From the sequence record OQ031072: 64,000 nt of DNA; one strand, 5' to 3'. Below are positions 33,737 to 43,791 of this stretch, in pieces. The notes under the pieces were generated by a model that ran no database searches, was not told where the DNA came from, and was given only the letters and a program-made list of their open reading frames with translations. The DNA is from Shigella phage SFPB. The position numbers were made by a program, and so were the translations under genes. Each line of letters begins with the position of its first letter. The first letter of the stretch is position 1.

Positions 33737-34777
33737 ATGGAACAATACACCTTAACAAAGCTCCCAGAGAGCGTTACACACGTCTTTATTGACTCTGATA
33801 GCATTGCTTACAAAGGTGCTTGTGTAGTTGAAAAAGCAAAGTACAAGTATGTGAATAAAATCACTGCTGAAGAATCCGACGCTTTTGATAGTGCAAAACT
33901 GGCAGCACAATGGCTGTCTGACCAAAGAGTTTTAACTGAAGAGTTAGGACTTGACTTTGATGAAGATGAATGGGAAAGACAGACTTGGAAGGAGGCTAAG
34001 AGTGAAGCTGAAGCAATTATGGCTACACAGCAAGTTCTTCAGGAGTGGTTGAAAGTCGTTGGTAAAGAACGCAAATGGATGGGTTACCTTACTGAGAAAG
34101 GTGTTCACAAACACAAGGATATCAAAGGTCTTGAACACCAATATCAAGGTAACAGAAAAGAAGCTGTAACACCTACACACCTAGTTGCTTGTCGTGAGTA
34201 TCTTCTGTCACGACCAGAGTTTAAGCTCTTAAAAGGGGGCTTCGAAGCAGACTCTATCGTTATTGCAAAAGCTGAGAAGATGGGGAAAAAAGCTGCTCTG
34301 ATGAGTATTGATAAAGACCTTCGTCAAGCTGAAGGAACTTACTGTATTGATATGACTTACGAGAAAGCTCCATTAATTTTCATTGCAGATAATAACGTTG
34401 GTGAGATTTGGGATTGCCCTATCAAATCTAAACCGAAAGCTAAGAAGACAGTCGGAGTAGGTTTTAAATTCCTCTGCTATCAAGCTGTAGCAGGTGATAA
34501 TGCAGACAACTACTTCGGTTTAAAAGGTGCTGGTAAGGTTGCGGTGATGAATGCACTGGAAGGTAAAACTACCTACAAAGAGTGCTTAGATGCCATCTAT
34601 GAACTTTATGCTAAGAAAGAGTCATACACTTATGAATCGTGGGATGGTCAGATTGTGACAAGAACTCCACTAGAATTAATGGAGCAACACTTCTGGATTG
34701 CTTATCAAGAACGAAATCCTAAAGATGATTTTACGTTTAAAAAATACAATTGGGAGCCAGTTATGAATGAAGATTAA
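33737..34777 (+). CDS. 5'-3' exonuclease / flap endonuclease (RNase H-like); start trimmed
   Basis: H3TH-like segment LCYQAVAGDNADNYFGLKGAGKVAV; N-terminal acidic nuclease fold residues. Confidence 0.6.
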   Translation: MEQYTLTKLPESVTHVFIDSDSIAYKGACVVEKAKYKYVNKITAEESDAFDSAKLAAQWLSDQRVLTEELGLDFDEDEWERQTWKEAKSEAEAIMATQQVLQEWLKVVGKERKWMGYLTEKGVHKHKDIKGLEHQYQGNRKEAVTPTHLVACREYLLSRPEFKLLKGGFEADSIVIAKAEKMGKKAALMSIDKDLRQAEGTYCIDMTYEKAPLIFIADNNVGEIWDCPIKSKPKAKKTVGVGFKFLCYQAVAGDNADNYFGLKGAGKVAVMNALEGKTTYKECLDAIYELYAKKESYTYESWDGQIVTRTPLELMEQHFWIAYQERNPKDDFTFKKYNWEPVMNED

Positions 34778-35267
34778 AGGATTTGGAAATTGCCCTGTTT
34801 ATGGACATTGGGTTTCACTGTGCGGGGAAATTGACCCCGCTAACTATTTTGGTTTTGTCTATTTAGTATACTGTAAGAAAACTGGACAATATTATATTGG
34901 GAAGAAACAATTTAATAACGTCACTAAGAAAAAGGTTGCTGGAAAGACCAGACGTAAAGTCGTGACAAAAGAAAGTGATTGGATGACTTATCAAACATCT
35001 TCTGAGTACATTAAGAAGGATATTGAATCTTTTGGTGAAAAAGAGTTTGACTTCTACATCATCCAGACTTACTATACGCGAGGTGGCTTAGTTTATGGCG
35101 AAGCTAACCTACAACATAAGTTTGACGTCATGACAAAAAGGATTGACTCTAAGCTTCGACTCTTCTACAATGCGAACATTGCAGCAATCAAGTTTCTTAC
35201 AAAAGAGACTTATGATGAAGCTGAGAAGAGAATCACTAAAATCATGAAACTTAATGAGAGAGTTTAA
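34767..35267 (+). CDS. GIY-YIG homing endonuclease-like protein
   Basis: FGFVYLVYCKKTGQYYIGKK matches GIY-(N10)-YIG. Confidence 0.55.
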   Translation: MKIKGFGNCPVYGHWVSLCGEIDPANYFGFVYLVYCKKTGQYYIGKKQFNNVTKKKVAGKTRRKVVTKESDWMTYQTSSEYIKKDIESFGEKEFDFYIIQTYYTRGGLVYGEANLQHKFDVMTKRIDSKLRLFYNANIAAIKFLTKETYDEAEKRITKIMKLNERV

Positions 35268-35268
35268 A

Positions 35269-35484
35269 ATGTTTAATAAAATCAAAAATGACCATGTTTC
35301 TAAAATCCAGAGTGGCGTAGCAGCACTGAAGGAAACTATCAGTAAAGCTAAGTCAGCTACAGAAGCTGAGATGGATGCTCTGGAATCACAAATTCAACAT
35401 CTGTTAAGCAAACGTGTTGAACTCAAAGAACGAATGGACTATATTGAGTCTCAACAAAAGTTGTTTGAAGATAAGGAGGCTTAA
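35269..35484 (+). CDS. hypothetical coiled-coil protein; start trimmed
   Basis: SD GAGAG; 71 aa. Confidence 0.4.
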   Translation: MFNKIKNDHVSKIQSGVAALKETISKAKSATEAEMDALESQIQHLLSKRVELKERMDYIESQQKLFEDKEA

Positions 35485-36239
35485 TGTTTAATTCCAGAGA
35501 ATCCGTAAGAAATTGGAATCTACGTTGTGGCAATAATCCAAAAGAGCCATACAGTACAGAGTATTGGGAATCACTGAAAAGTCAATCTCTGTGTATGATT
35601 GAAGAAGCTAGAGAGTTAGTCGCAGCAGTAGAAGCCAAAGACCCTGTTGAGACCCTTGATGCTCAAGCTGATTTGCAGTATGTACTTGACGGTTTAATTT
35701 TCCTGACACAACATGACCATGATGGTGCTATTAAGGCTGTTTGTGAAAACAACAACCTCAAATACACAGATGACTATCAAGAAGCTTTACAGCGAATGTT
35801 TGATATTGAGAAACGTACTGGTGATGAATGTTACCTGCGTCAATCAATTATTGAAGGTAAAGAGTGGTTTGCGATTATTCGCAAGTCTGATGGTAAGATT
35901 ATGAAACAGTCTAATCTTCCAAAAGTTCAACTTGAAAGTTTTATTGCAGAAGTTGACGCAAAAGAATTATTTGTGGTAACATCTGACACATGCGTTATCT
36001 GCCAAGGACTGATTGGAAGTCTTGGTAGTCTTGGCATTAAAAACTTTTCTAAAGTTGAACCAATCTCTTCAAAAGCAGATAAAGACTTCTGCCGTGAGAA
36101 TGGATTATGGCTTGCGGATATTGTGTACTATGATGGTGAGAAGTTCCATGTAACCTCATATCCGAAATTGAATTATGATGCAATCAACCTCAAGCAGTGG
36201 TTGAAAGGAGTCGGTTATAATGGATTCACAGAACATTAA
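35484..36239 (+). CDS. MazG-like nucleotide pyrophosphohydrolase domain fused to a CxxC-containing C-terminal domain
   Basis: N-terminal LCMIEEARELVAAVEAKDPVETLDAQADLQYVLDGLIF resembles MazG/HisE helices; C-terminal CVICQG. Confidence 0.45.
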   Translation: MFNSRESVRNWNLRCGNNPKEPYSTEYWESLKSQSLCMIEEARELVAAVEAKDPVETLDAQADLQYVLDGLIFLTQHDHDGAIKAVCENNNLKYTDDYQEALQRMFDIEKRTGDECYLRQSIIEGKEWFAIIRKSDGKIMKQSNLPKVQLESFIAEVDAKELFVVTSDTCVICQGLIGSLGSLGIKNFSKVEPISSKADKDFCRENGLWLADIVYYDGEKFHVTSYPKLNYDAINLKQWLKGVGYNGFTEH

Positions 36240-36546
36240 TAAAGGTGAAGAAGTGGTGGCAAAAAGCCACTTCTCCAACTACAACCTCTCTATGACAGTG
36301 TTTATGAATGATTCACTGTTAGACAAGTACGGAGAGAAGCCAGAAACGATTCTGGATAATGAACAAGTATTAGCAGCAGTGTTGTATAAGTATGGCTTAA
36401 ATATTGATAAACCGTACTCTTACGAGATTTGCCAGCATAGAAATACTTTTGGTAAAGTTGTTGTAGCCCCCCTGTTCATGGGTGTAGAGCGCACAGATGA
36501 CCAGTGGATTTACTTGAAACGAAACTTGGATAGATACCATGTCTAA
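36220..36546 (+). CDS. hypothetical protein
   Basis: 108-aa ORF. Confidence 0.4.
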   Translation: MDSQNINKGEEVVAKSHFSNYNLSMTVFMNDSLLDKYGEKPETILDNEQVLAAVLYKYGLNIDKPYSYEICQHRNTFGKVVVAPLFMGVERTDDQWIYLKRNLDRYHV

Positions 36547-36874
36547 AACGAAAAAGTTAACTAAAGAAGAAATTAAATCTGGCGAAGAATTAGGCACTGA
36601 TAAGTTTGGTGAGACATTACGTCATGGTGACTTTGTAATGTACACTGAAGATTGCAAAGGTCGCAGCGATATCAAATTTGGAAGAGTTGTCTGCAAAGTC
36701 CGTGGTAACTTTTCAATTGCACGACTTGAAGATGATGTTAGTGAAAAACTTGATATGGCATTCGATGATGGTATGCGTTACTGGTACATGAATGCAATGT
36801 CTAAAGGTTCACTGACAAAAGTATCACAGAAGTTCGTTGAACTCTGGGTAAGTAAAAAGATTTTTAGCATTTAA
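36539..36874 (+). CDS. hypothetical protein
   Basis: 111-aa ORF. Confidence 0.4.
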   Translation: MSKTKKLTKEEIKSGEELGTDKFGETLRHGDFVMYTEDCKGRSDIKFGRVVCKVRGNFSIARLEDDVSEKLDMAFDDGMRYWYMNAMSKGSLTKVSQKFVELWVSKKIFSI

Positions 36875-36881
36875 TCTCTAA

Positions 36882-36905
36882 GGGGTCTCTTCGGAGACCC
36901 TTTTT
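36882..36905 (+). terminator. rho-independent terminator (GGTCTC-TTCG-GAGACC type)
   Basis: GGGGTCTC ttcg GAGACCC then TTTTT. Confidence 0.6.
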
Positions 36906-36925
36906 CACCTGTAGGATTTAATATA

Positions 36926-39160
36926 ATGATTACTACTATTCGCAAATCAGACGGTACAATCGTACCATTCGAACCAGAGCGTTTAAATAAATGGGCTTCA
37001 TGGGCTGACAAGAGAGGAATTATCTGGTCAGAGGTTGTCATGGAAGCTATGAAGCGTGTCTATGAAGGTTGTACAACAAAAGAAATGCACCAAGCTATGA
37101 TTGACGTTTGTATTGATAAGCAAACTCAAGAGTACTCTGATATGGCTGGGAGACTACTTCTTGGCATTATCTACAAAGAAGCTTTTGGTGGATTTACAAA
37201 GGTTCCTCAGTTACTTCCATTTGTGATGAAGATGGAGCAGATGGGGCTTTGGGAACATATGGATTACACACCTGAAGAGATTGACTACTTACAAGGTCAC
37301 ATCGTACATTCAAAAGATATCTCTTATGGGTATGCAGTGCTGAAGCAGTTCCGTGATAAGTATGGAATCCGTGACATTAAAAGTGGTAAACTGTTTGAGT
37401 CTCCACAGTTTATGTTCATGGGTATGGCTATGAAAGCCTTTGAAAGACAGCCTAAACAGCGTCGTTTAGATGATGTTATTAAGCTCTACACATATCTATC
37501 TGACCTGAAGATTAATGCTCCTACACCGTACCTGAACGGTCTGAGAGCTACAAAATCTGGCTATGCTTCTTGCTGCCTAATTAAAGCAAATGATACTGCT
37601 GAATCTCTTGGCATTGCTACAAAAGTAGCTTATGACATGACCACTAAGCAAGCAGGTATTGGTATGCTGATGGAGACCAGAACAATTGGTGATGGAATCC
37701 GACAAAACACTATTGAGCATATGGGAAAACTCCCTTATTATAAGCTGGTACGTGCTGCTGTAGAGGCTAATAAGCAGAAGAGTCGTGGTGGTTCAGCGAA
37801 CAACTTCTACACTGCTCTTGACCCTCAGATTGAAGATTTACTTCGTCTGAAGCACCCTACAACGGTTACTTCAAAGCGTATTAATGAGATGGATTACTCA
37901 TTTGGAACAAACGATTACTTCTGGCAATGTGTGCAGTACGATACAGATTGGCTACTATTCTCTTACAAGGACGCTCCAAAATTGTATGATATGTTCTACA
38001 CAGCAAGTGCAGATGAGTTTGCAATGGCTGTTGGACATGCGGTTCACACTGGTGTTAAACATAAGCGAGTAAAAGCTCGTGAGATTGCTAAGTTGTTTAT
38101 CCAGCAACGTTATGCAACTGGTCGTGTTTATCCGTTCTTTACGAACAACGCAAACACACATACGCCGTTCAAAGAACCTTTGAAAATGTCTAACCTGTGC
38201 ATGGAAATTATATTGCCAGTTTATGGATTTGAGAAAGAGACAGACCTTTACAGCTACAATGCTGCTAAAGAAGATGGTGAAGTAGCTCTTTGCTTCCTAG
38301 CTAGTTTGGTTGCAGGGAGAATTTCAGAAGATGAATACGCTGACGTTGCTTATTATGCTCTTGCAATGGTTGACTCCGTTATTGACCTCATGGACTACCC
38401 GTATCCGTCGATGCGTAACCATGTACAGAAACGTCGCTCTGTTGGGATTGGCCTTACAAATGTGGCTCATTACCTTGCAAAGAACTACGTGAACTACTCT
38501 TCAAGGGCTGGTAAAACGAAGCTACATGAACTTGCAGAGATGCACTCATTCTATCTGCATGAGGCTTCACTGAGACTGTCTAAAGAGCGTGGTGTGCCTG
38601 AGTACATGAAGTTTACTAAGTACCCTGATGGTTGGGTTCCAACTAAGACAGCTAACAAGAAGATTGATGAAAAACATGATGCAAAACTAAGATATGATTG
38701 GGATGACTTAGCACAACGTATCAAAGAAAATGGTGGAATCCGAAACTCTGTATTAGAAGCTTACATGCCTAACGAGAGTTCTTCACTGGCAACTAACACG
38801 ACAAACGGGCTGTACCCTATTCGTGACTTCATCTTAACTAAGAAGTCTGCAACTGGTAACGTTCTGTTTATTGTACCTGATTATGAAGAGTTGAAGTATG
38901 TATACGAAATTGCTTGGGATATTGACACCTTTGATATGATTGATTGCTATGCAATTGTTCAAAAATTCACTGGTCAAGCTATCTCTTCAGATTTCTATGT
39001 TGACTACTCGAAGTCTAAGAAGGTATCATTAGAGCAAGCTTTGAAGTACATGATTTATGCAAACTCTGTAGGTATGAAAACCATGTACTACCTAAACAGT
39101 CGTATTGGTGTTGGTAAATCAGCACTTCAAGATGCTTACTGCGAAGGTTGTGGTGTTTAG
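36926..39160 (+). CDS. nrdA: ribonucleotide reductase class Ia large subunit
   Basis: ATP-cone-like N-terminus; catalytic SNLCMEI motif; 744 aa. Confidence 0.9.
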   Translation: MITTIRKSDGTIVPFEPERLNKWASWADKRGIIWSEVVMEAMKRVYEGCTTKEMHQAMIDVCIDKQTQEYSDMAGRLLLGIIYKEAFGGFTKVPQLLPFVMKMEQMGLWEHMDYTPEEIDYLQGHIVHSKDISYGYAVLKQFRDKYGIRDIKSGKLFESPQFMFMGMAMKAFERQPKQRRLDDVIKLYTYLSDLKINAPTPYLNGLRATKSGYASCCLIKANDTAESLGIATKVAYDMTTKQAGIGMLMETRTIGDGIRQNTIEHMGKLPYYKLVRAAVEANKQKSRGGSANNFYTALDPQIEDLLRLKHPTTVTSKRINEMDYSFGTNDYFWQCVQYDTDWLLFSYKDAPKLYDMFYTASADEFAMAVGHAVHTGVKHKRVKAREIAKLFIQQRYATGRVYPFFTNNANTHTPFKEPLKMSNLCMEIILPVYGFEKETDLYSYNAAKEDGEVALCFLASLVAGRISEDEYADVAYYALAMVDSVIDLMDYPYPSMRNHVQKRRSVGIGLTNVAHYLAKNYVNYSSRAGKTKLHELAEMHSFYLHEASLRLSKERGVPEYMKFTKYPDGWVPTKTANKKIDEKHDAKLRYDWDDLAQRIKENGGIRNSVLEAYMPNESSSLATNTTNGLYPIRDFILTKKSATGNVLFIVPDYEELKYVYEIAWDIDTFDMIDCYAIVQKFTGQAISSDFYVDYSKSKKVSLEQALKYMIYANSVGMKTMYYLNSRIGVGKSALQDAYCEGCGV

Positions 39161-39215
39161 TTTCAATAACTATGAGGGTCGTAAAAGACCCTCTAAAATT
39201 AACTTTGGAGAGTCT

Positions 39216-39491
39216 ATGATAGACTTAATAGAATCCGCAAGAAATAAAGCAGAAGGTAAATCTGTTTATCTGATGTATAAGCCAAGAAATACACTTTACT
39301 ATGTTGCCAGTACAGAGGTAATGGTAAAGCAGGATGATGATTCTTGGAAGAAATGTGTGAGATATATTGACTGCTTTAATGGCGGCAAAGAATATGTTAG
39401 AGCACCTGAGTTATTTAATATGGAAAACTGGCTAGTCCTTACAAGACAAGCTGCGAGAGATATGTTCAGAACAGGAAAATTACCAGAATGA
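39216..39491 (+). CDS. hypothetical small protein between nrdA and nrdB; start trimmed
   Basis: SD GGAGAG then ATG 39216; ATGA-coupled to nrdB. Confidence 0.4.
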   Translation: MIDLIESARNKAEGKSVYLMYKPRNTLYYVASTEVMVKQDDDSWKKCVRYIDCFNGGKEYVRAPELFNMENWLVLTRQAARDMFRTGKLPE

Positions 39492-40561
39492 TTAATTCAC
39501 ATCCAATCTTCTTAGGTGAAGAACGTAAGACTTTTGATTCACTTAATAAACACTATCCAAAAATCTTTGAACTGTATAAGCAACAGAAAGCTCAAGACTG
39601 GTCTGAAGAGGAATTTCCATTTGAGCAATCACGCTTAGACTTTGAGAGTGTCCCTCAGTCAATGTCTGGTGTAATGCTTGAGATTCTGAAATGGCAATGG
39701 GAAGCAGATACACAGGTTGCTAAGAGTTTAGCTTTTGCATTTGCACCATTCATCTCTGATGATATCTATGCAACTGCTATCATGAAGCAATCAGAAATTG
39801 AGAACCTTCATGCACTAACTTATTCAGAGATTGTTCGTCAGTGTATCAAGAACCCTGAAACAATCCTTGATGAGATTAACCAGAACGCTGCTGTTCAGGA
39901 CAGATTGAAGACTGTGAACAGAGCACTGGCAGAACTTCTTGACGAAGGTATTAACTATCGTTTAAGCTATGTTCGTCAAGAGCTAATGGAGAAAGACCCT
40001 TTACACTTCCACAAAGTAATCTTAAAAGGTCTCTTTGCAGTAACAGCACTTGAGGGTATTTCCTTCATGGCATCCTTTGCATGTACCTTTGCACTTGATG
40101 CACAAGATAAGTTCCAAGGGATTGCACAAGCAGTACAGAAAATTATGCTTGACGAAATCATTCACACAAAGATTGATATCGAAGCATTAAAAGAAACTTT
40201 GAAAGATGAAGAGTGGCAAGAAGCTTTCCGTCAAGTACTCCCAGAAATTAAAGTAATTCTGGATGAGGTAGTTGAAAGTGAAGAGAAATGGTCTTATTAT
40301 ATTTTCTCTGAAGGACGTGCTGTTGTAGGTTTAAATACAAAACTTCTTCACGAATGGGTTTACTACAACGCTGCTCCATTGTATGATATGTTTGGTATTC
40401 CAAGAGACTTCGTAGCTCCTGAAGAACCACCTTTGAAATATATGATTAAGAAGATGGAAATTGATAAAGAGCAAAACGCTAACCAAGAACAACAAAATGG
40501 TGCGTACCTTTTGAATACCGTTGTTGATGATTTAAATTCAGGATTTTTAGAGGTTCCTTAA
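39488..40561 (+). CDS. nrdB: ribonucleotide reductase class Ia small subunit
   Basis: 357 aa; conserved E/H-containing helices; synteny with nrdA. Confidence 0.85.
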   Translation: MINSHPIFLGEERKTFDSLNKHYPKIFELYKQQKAQDWSEEEFPFEQSRLDFESVPQSMSGVMLEILKWQWEADTQVAKSLAFAFAPFISDDIYATAIMKQSEIENLHALTYSEIVRQCIKNPETILDEINQNAAVQDRLKTVNRALAELLDEGINYRLSYVRQELMEKDPLHFHKVILKGLFAVTALEGISFMASFACTFALDAQDKFQGIAQAVQKIMLDEIIHTKIDIEALKETLKDEEWQEAFRQVLPEIKVILDEVVESEEKWSYYIFSEGRAVVGLNTKLLHEWVYYNAAPLYDMFGIPRDFVAPEEPPLKYMIKKMEIDKEQNANQEQQNGAYLLNTVVDDLNSGFLEVP

Positions 40562-40803
40562 TGACTTATGTAATTTACTCAAAAGATGGATGCCCACAGT
40601 GTGTGACTGCTAAGAACTTTGCTCAGGCTCGTGGCTTAGACCATGTTGTTAGAATGCTTGGGAAAGATTATGAGCTAAGTGACCTGATGGATATTGCAAA
40701 GATACCTGTTCGTCAGATGCCTTTCATTATGAAGGTTGAAGACAATGAAATGAAACCTGTTGGAACACTACAGAACTTTATGGCAGAGGTGAATAATGCT
40801 TAA
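40561..40803 (+). CDS. glutaredoxin/NrdH-like redoxin
   Basis: GCPQC active site near N-terminus; 80 aa; adjacent to nrd genes. Confidence 0.65.
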   Translation: MTYVIYSKDGCPQCVTAKNFAQARGLDHVVRMLGKDYELSDLMDIAKIPVRQMPFIMKVEDNEMKPVGTLQNFMAEVNNA

Positions 40804-40996
40804 ACGTTTATGGGATGGTTTTGTTGAAGATGCTCCGATGATTGCTCTGGCATTCATGGTTACTAGCCTGTTTACTGATTTAAAACAAGGTGCTCTATTT
40901 GGAGCTATGCTAGTATGGGTTATCTTTGAGATATTAGATATCAAACATGATTTGAGTGGAAAGCTTAAAAAGCTTATTGAAAAGTTTTCTAAGTAG
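40796..40996 (+). CDS. small membrane protein
   Basis: 66 aa with two hydrophobic segments. Confidence 0.4.
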   Translation: MLKRLWDGFVEDAPMIALAFMVTSLFTDLKQGALFGAMLVWVIFEILDIKHDLSGKLKKLIEKFSK

Positions 40997-41007
40997 AATT
41001 AATATAA

Positions 41008-41030
41008 GGGTCTCTTCGGAGACCTTTTTT
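41008..41030 (+). terminator. rho-independent terminator (GGTCTC-TTCG-GAGACC type)
   Basis: GGGTCTC ttcg GAGACC then TTTTTT. Confidence 0.6.
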
Positions 41031-41045
41031 GCATTAGGAGTCAGA

Positions 41046-43187
41046 ATGGTTAAAGTACAAATTATTAAGAAAGACGGTTCACTGGAAAAGCCAAACGTAA
41101 ATAAAATCGTCGAAGCAGTTACCAAGTCAGCTAATAGAGTTGGCTACAAAGAGTTACCACTAGAAGTTACCCATGCTCTTGAATCAGCCTTTATGAGACT
41201 GCTTGTCAGAGCAACTAATCAGAATGCTATGCTCATCTCTGTAGATGATGTTCACAGTATTGTAGAAGGGACTCTGGCAGAGGTAAACCATGAAATCTAT
41301 GAGTCATATTCAACCTACAGAAACTATCGTAAAGAGGTTGCACAGAATTGGGATGAACTTTACCAGAAAACTAAAGACACACTCTTCTTAGGTGACCGTG
41401 AGAATGCTAACTTTGACAGTAGCTTAATCTCTACAAAAGGTTCAATCATCCGTGGATATTTGACAAAAGAAATCTTTAAGCAGTATCACTTGACACCAGA
41501 AGAAGCAAGTGCTATTGAAGATGGATTCATTTATATCCATGACTTAAGAGACTTAATCTTCGGTGGTATTAACTGTTGCTTGTTTGACATGGGAAGCGTC
41601 TTGAAAGGTGGTTTTGAAATGTCAGGCATCGAATACTGTGAACCAAAGTCTGTACTTTCAGCTTTACAGGTTATTGGTGACGTTGTACTCTCAGCAACTG
41701 CACAGCAATTTGGTGGGTTTACTATCCCAGAGATTGACAAGGTTCTTGTGCCATATGCTAAGAAGTCTTTTGAGTATCATCTGGAGAAAGCAAAGCAGTA
41801 TAATATCCCAAGTAAAGAAGTATACCACTACGCTAAAGAGCAACTTCAGATTGAGCTAACCCAAGGCTTCCAATCTCTGGAAATGAAACTGAATACAGTT
41901 CCTTGCAGCCGTGGTGATTTTGCATTCACAACTTTAACGTTTGGTTTACTCGAACCAGATATGGCTAGTGAAGATAACCGCTTGCAATTTATGATTGCAA
42001 AGACTATTCTTGATGTGAGAATGAATGGTCAAGGCAAGTCTAAGAAGCCTGTTGTATTCCCTAAACTGGTTTACATTTATGATGAGACAAGGCACATGTT
42101 AGACCCTTGGCAGGGAACTCTTTATGACAAAGCTATTGAGTGCTGTTCTAAAGCTATGTATCCAGACTTCTTAAGTGTTTCTGGTCATGGTTCTGTTGCA
42201 GAAGCTTTTGAGCGTTCAGGTGCAGTCATCTCTCCAATGGGTTGTAGGGCTTTCTTATCACCATATTATGATGAAGATGGTAAAGAGTTCTACACAGGGC
42301 GAGCAAATATCGGTGCAGTATCTCTTAATCTGCCAATGATTTACAAGTATTCTGAAGAGAATGGTTTAGACTTCTGGACAGAACTTGACAAATACCTTGA
42401 AATGATTCGAAGCTTCCATAAGAAGCGTTATGAGATGATTGCTAATATGCCAGCAAGCTCTAACCCTTTAGCTTTCACACAAGGTGGATTGTATAAAGGA
42501 CATAAGAAGCCAACTGATAAGATTGGTTGGGATACTGTTAAGTCTTTTACAGCATCTTTTGGCGTGACCGCATTAGATGAATTAACAGTGCTTGCTCAAG
42601 GTAGAAGATTGCATGAGTCTGATGGTGATATTGCAAGCAAGGTTTTAAGCTATCTGAATAGCAAGCTGGAGCAGTTTAAGCAGGAAGACGGCTTCCTGTA
42701 TGCACTTTATGGTACACCTGCTGAGAGTCTTTGTGGTACGCAATTGAAGCAGTTTAGAAATATGTTCGGAGTTGTTAAAGGTGTTTCTGATAAAGAGTAC
42801 TTTACAAACAGTTTCCACATGAATGTTGGTGCAGACATTACACCGTTTGAAAAGCAAGACTTAGAAGAACCTTTCTTCCACTCTTGTAATGGAGGCCATA
42901 TCATCTACTCAAGGTTAGCCAATCCTGAGAACTTGCAAGCTATCAGGGCTTGTGTAACAAGGGGTATGGGTAAAGGATTCTATCAAGGTATCAACTTTGA
43001 CTTAGCAATCTGTGAAAATTGTGGTCACAGACCTAACAAAGATGTTGAACTATGCCCTAAGTGCAACTCCCATGATATCTCTGTGATTAATCGTGTGTGT
43101 GGTTATCTAGGTTGGACTAAGATTAAAGGTACTTCCAGAATGAACGATGCAAAAATTGCAGAAATCAAGGACAGAGTATGTATGTAA
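41046..43187 (+). CDS. nrdD: anaerobic ribonucleotide reductase, class III; start trimmed to ATG after terminator and AGGAG
   Basis: C-terminal glycyl-radical motif RVCGYLG and Cys4 zinc site CENCGH...CPKCNSHD. Confidence 0.9.
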   Translation: MVKVQIIKKDGSLEKPNVNKIVEAVTKSANRVGYKELPLEVTHALESAFMRLLVRATNQNAMLISVDDVHSIVEGTLAEVNHEIYESYSTYRNYRKEVAQNWDELYQKTKDTLFLGDRENANFDSSLISTKGSIIRGYLTKEIFKQYHLTPEEASAIEDGFIYIHDLRDLIFGGINCCLFDMGSVLKGGFEMSGIEYCEPKSVLSALQVIGDVVLSATAQQFGGFTIPEIDKVLVPYAKKSFEYHLEKAKQYNIPSKEVYHYAKEQLQIELTQGFQSLEMKLNTVPCSRGDFAFTTLTFGLLEPDMASEDNRLQFMIAKTILDVRMNGQGKSKKPVVFPKLVYIYDETRHMLDPWQGTLYDKAIECCSKAMYPDFLSVSGHGSVAEAFERSGAVISPMGCRAFLSPYYDEDGKEFYTGRANIGAVSLNLPMIYKYSEENGLDFWTELDKYLEMIRSFHKKRYEMIANMPASSNPLAFTQGGLYKGHKKPTDKIGWDTVKSFTASFGVTALDELTVLAQGRRLHESDGDIASKVLSYLNSKLEQFKQEDGFLYALYGTPAESLCGTQLKQFRNMFGVVKGVSDKEYFTNSFHMNVGADITPFEKQDLEEPFFHSCNGGHIIYSRLANPENLQAIRACVTRGMGKGFYQGINFDLAICENCGHRPNKDVELCPKCNSHDISVINRVCGYLGWTKIKGTSRMNDAKIAEIKDRVCM

Positions 43188-43633
43188 AGGAGCTTCTTTG
43201 CTACAATCCAGAAAATGGTGAAATAAGATGGAAGAGTGACGGCAGCCTTGCTGGAAGTAAAATTTCAGGAGGCTACATTCTCATAACACTTCCAGATGGT
43301 TCCAAAGAATATGCTCACAGACTGGCATTCTTACTTATGGGTGAAGAGATACCTGAGTTAGTAGACCACATCAATGGTATTAGAGATGATAACCGTTGGA
43401 GCAACTTAAGAAGCTCTAACAAGGTTGATAATGCTTGTAATGCTAAATTAAGAGATGACAATAAAACAGGGTATAAAGGTATTTCTTGGGACTCTTCGAG
43501 AAAGAGGTGGAGAGTTTCAATAACCTATAACAAAAGGACAGTTTCCAAGAGATTCAAAAACTTTGAAGATGCTGTAGAGTACATGCAAGACTTAAGATTG
43601 GAACTTCATTCACAGTACTGTAGGTTCAAATAA
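43178..43633 (+). CDS. HNH homing endonuclease-like protein
   Basis: AHRLAFLLMGEEIPELVDHINGIRDDNRWSNL (HNH_3-like); basic C-terminal domain. Confidence 0.6.
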   Translation: MYVKELLCYNPENGEIRWKSDGSLAGSKISGGYILITLPDGSKEYAHRLAFLLMGEEIPELVDHINGIRDDNRWSNLRSSNKVDNACNAKLRDDNKTGYKGISWDSSRKRWRVSITYNKRTVSKRFKNFEDAVEYMQDLRLELHSQYCRFK

Positions 43634-43791
43634 AGTAGTTGACAAGGTGGTGTAGGTCTTGATAGGCTTACATCACCTTTTTATTAGGAATCACAACATG
43701 ATTAAGACATTCTTGTTAGTCACCTTAGTAGGCTCTGTCTTACTAGGTTTCTTGTTAGGGCTTTTATACAACACATTGAAAGGAAAGAGAA

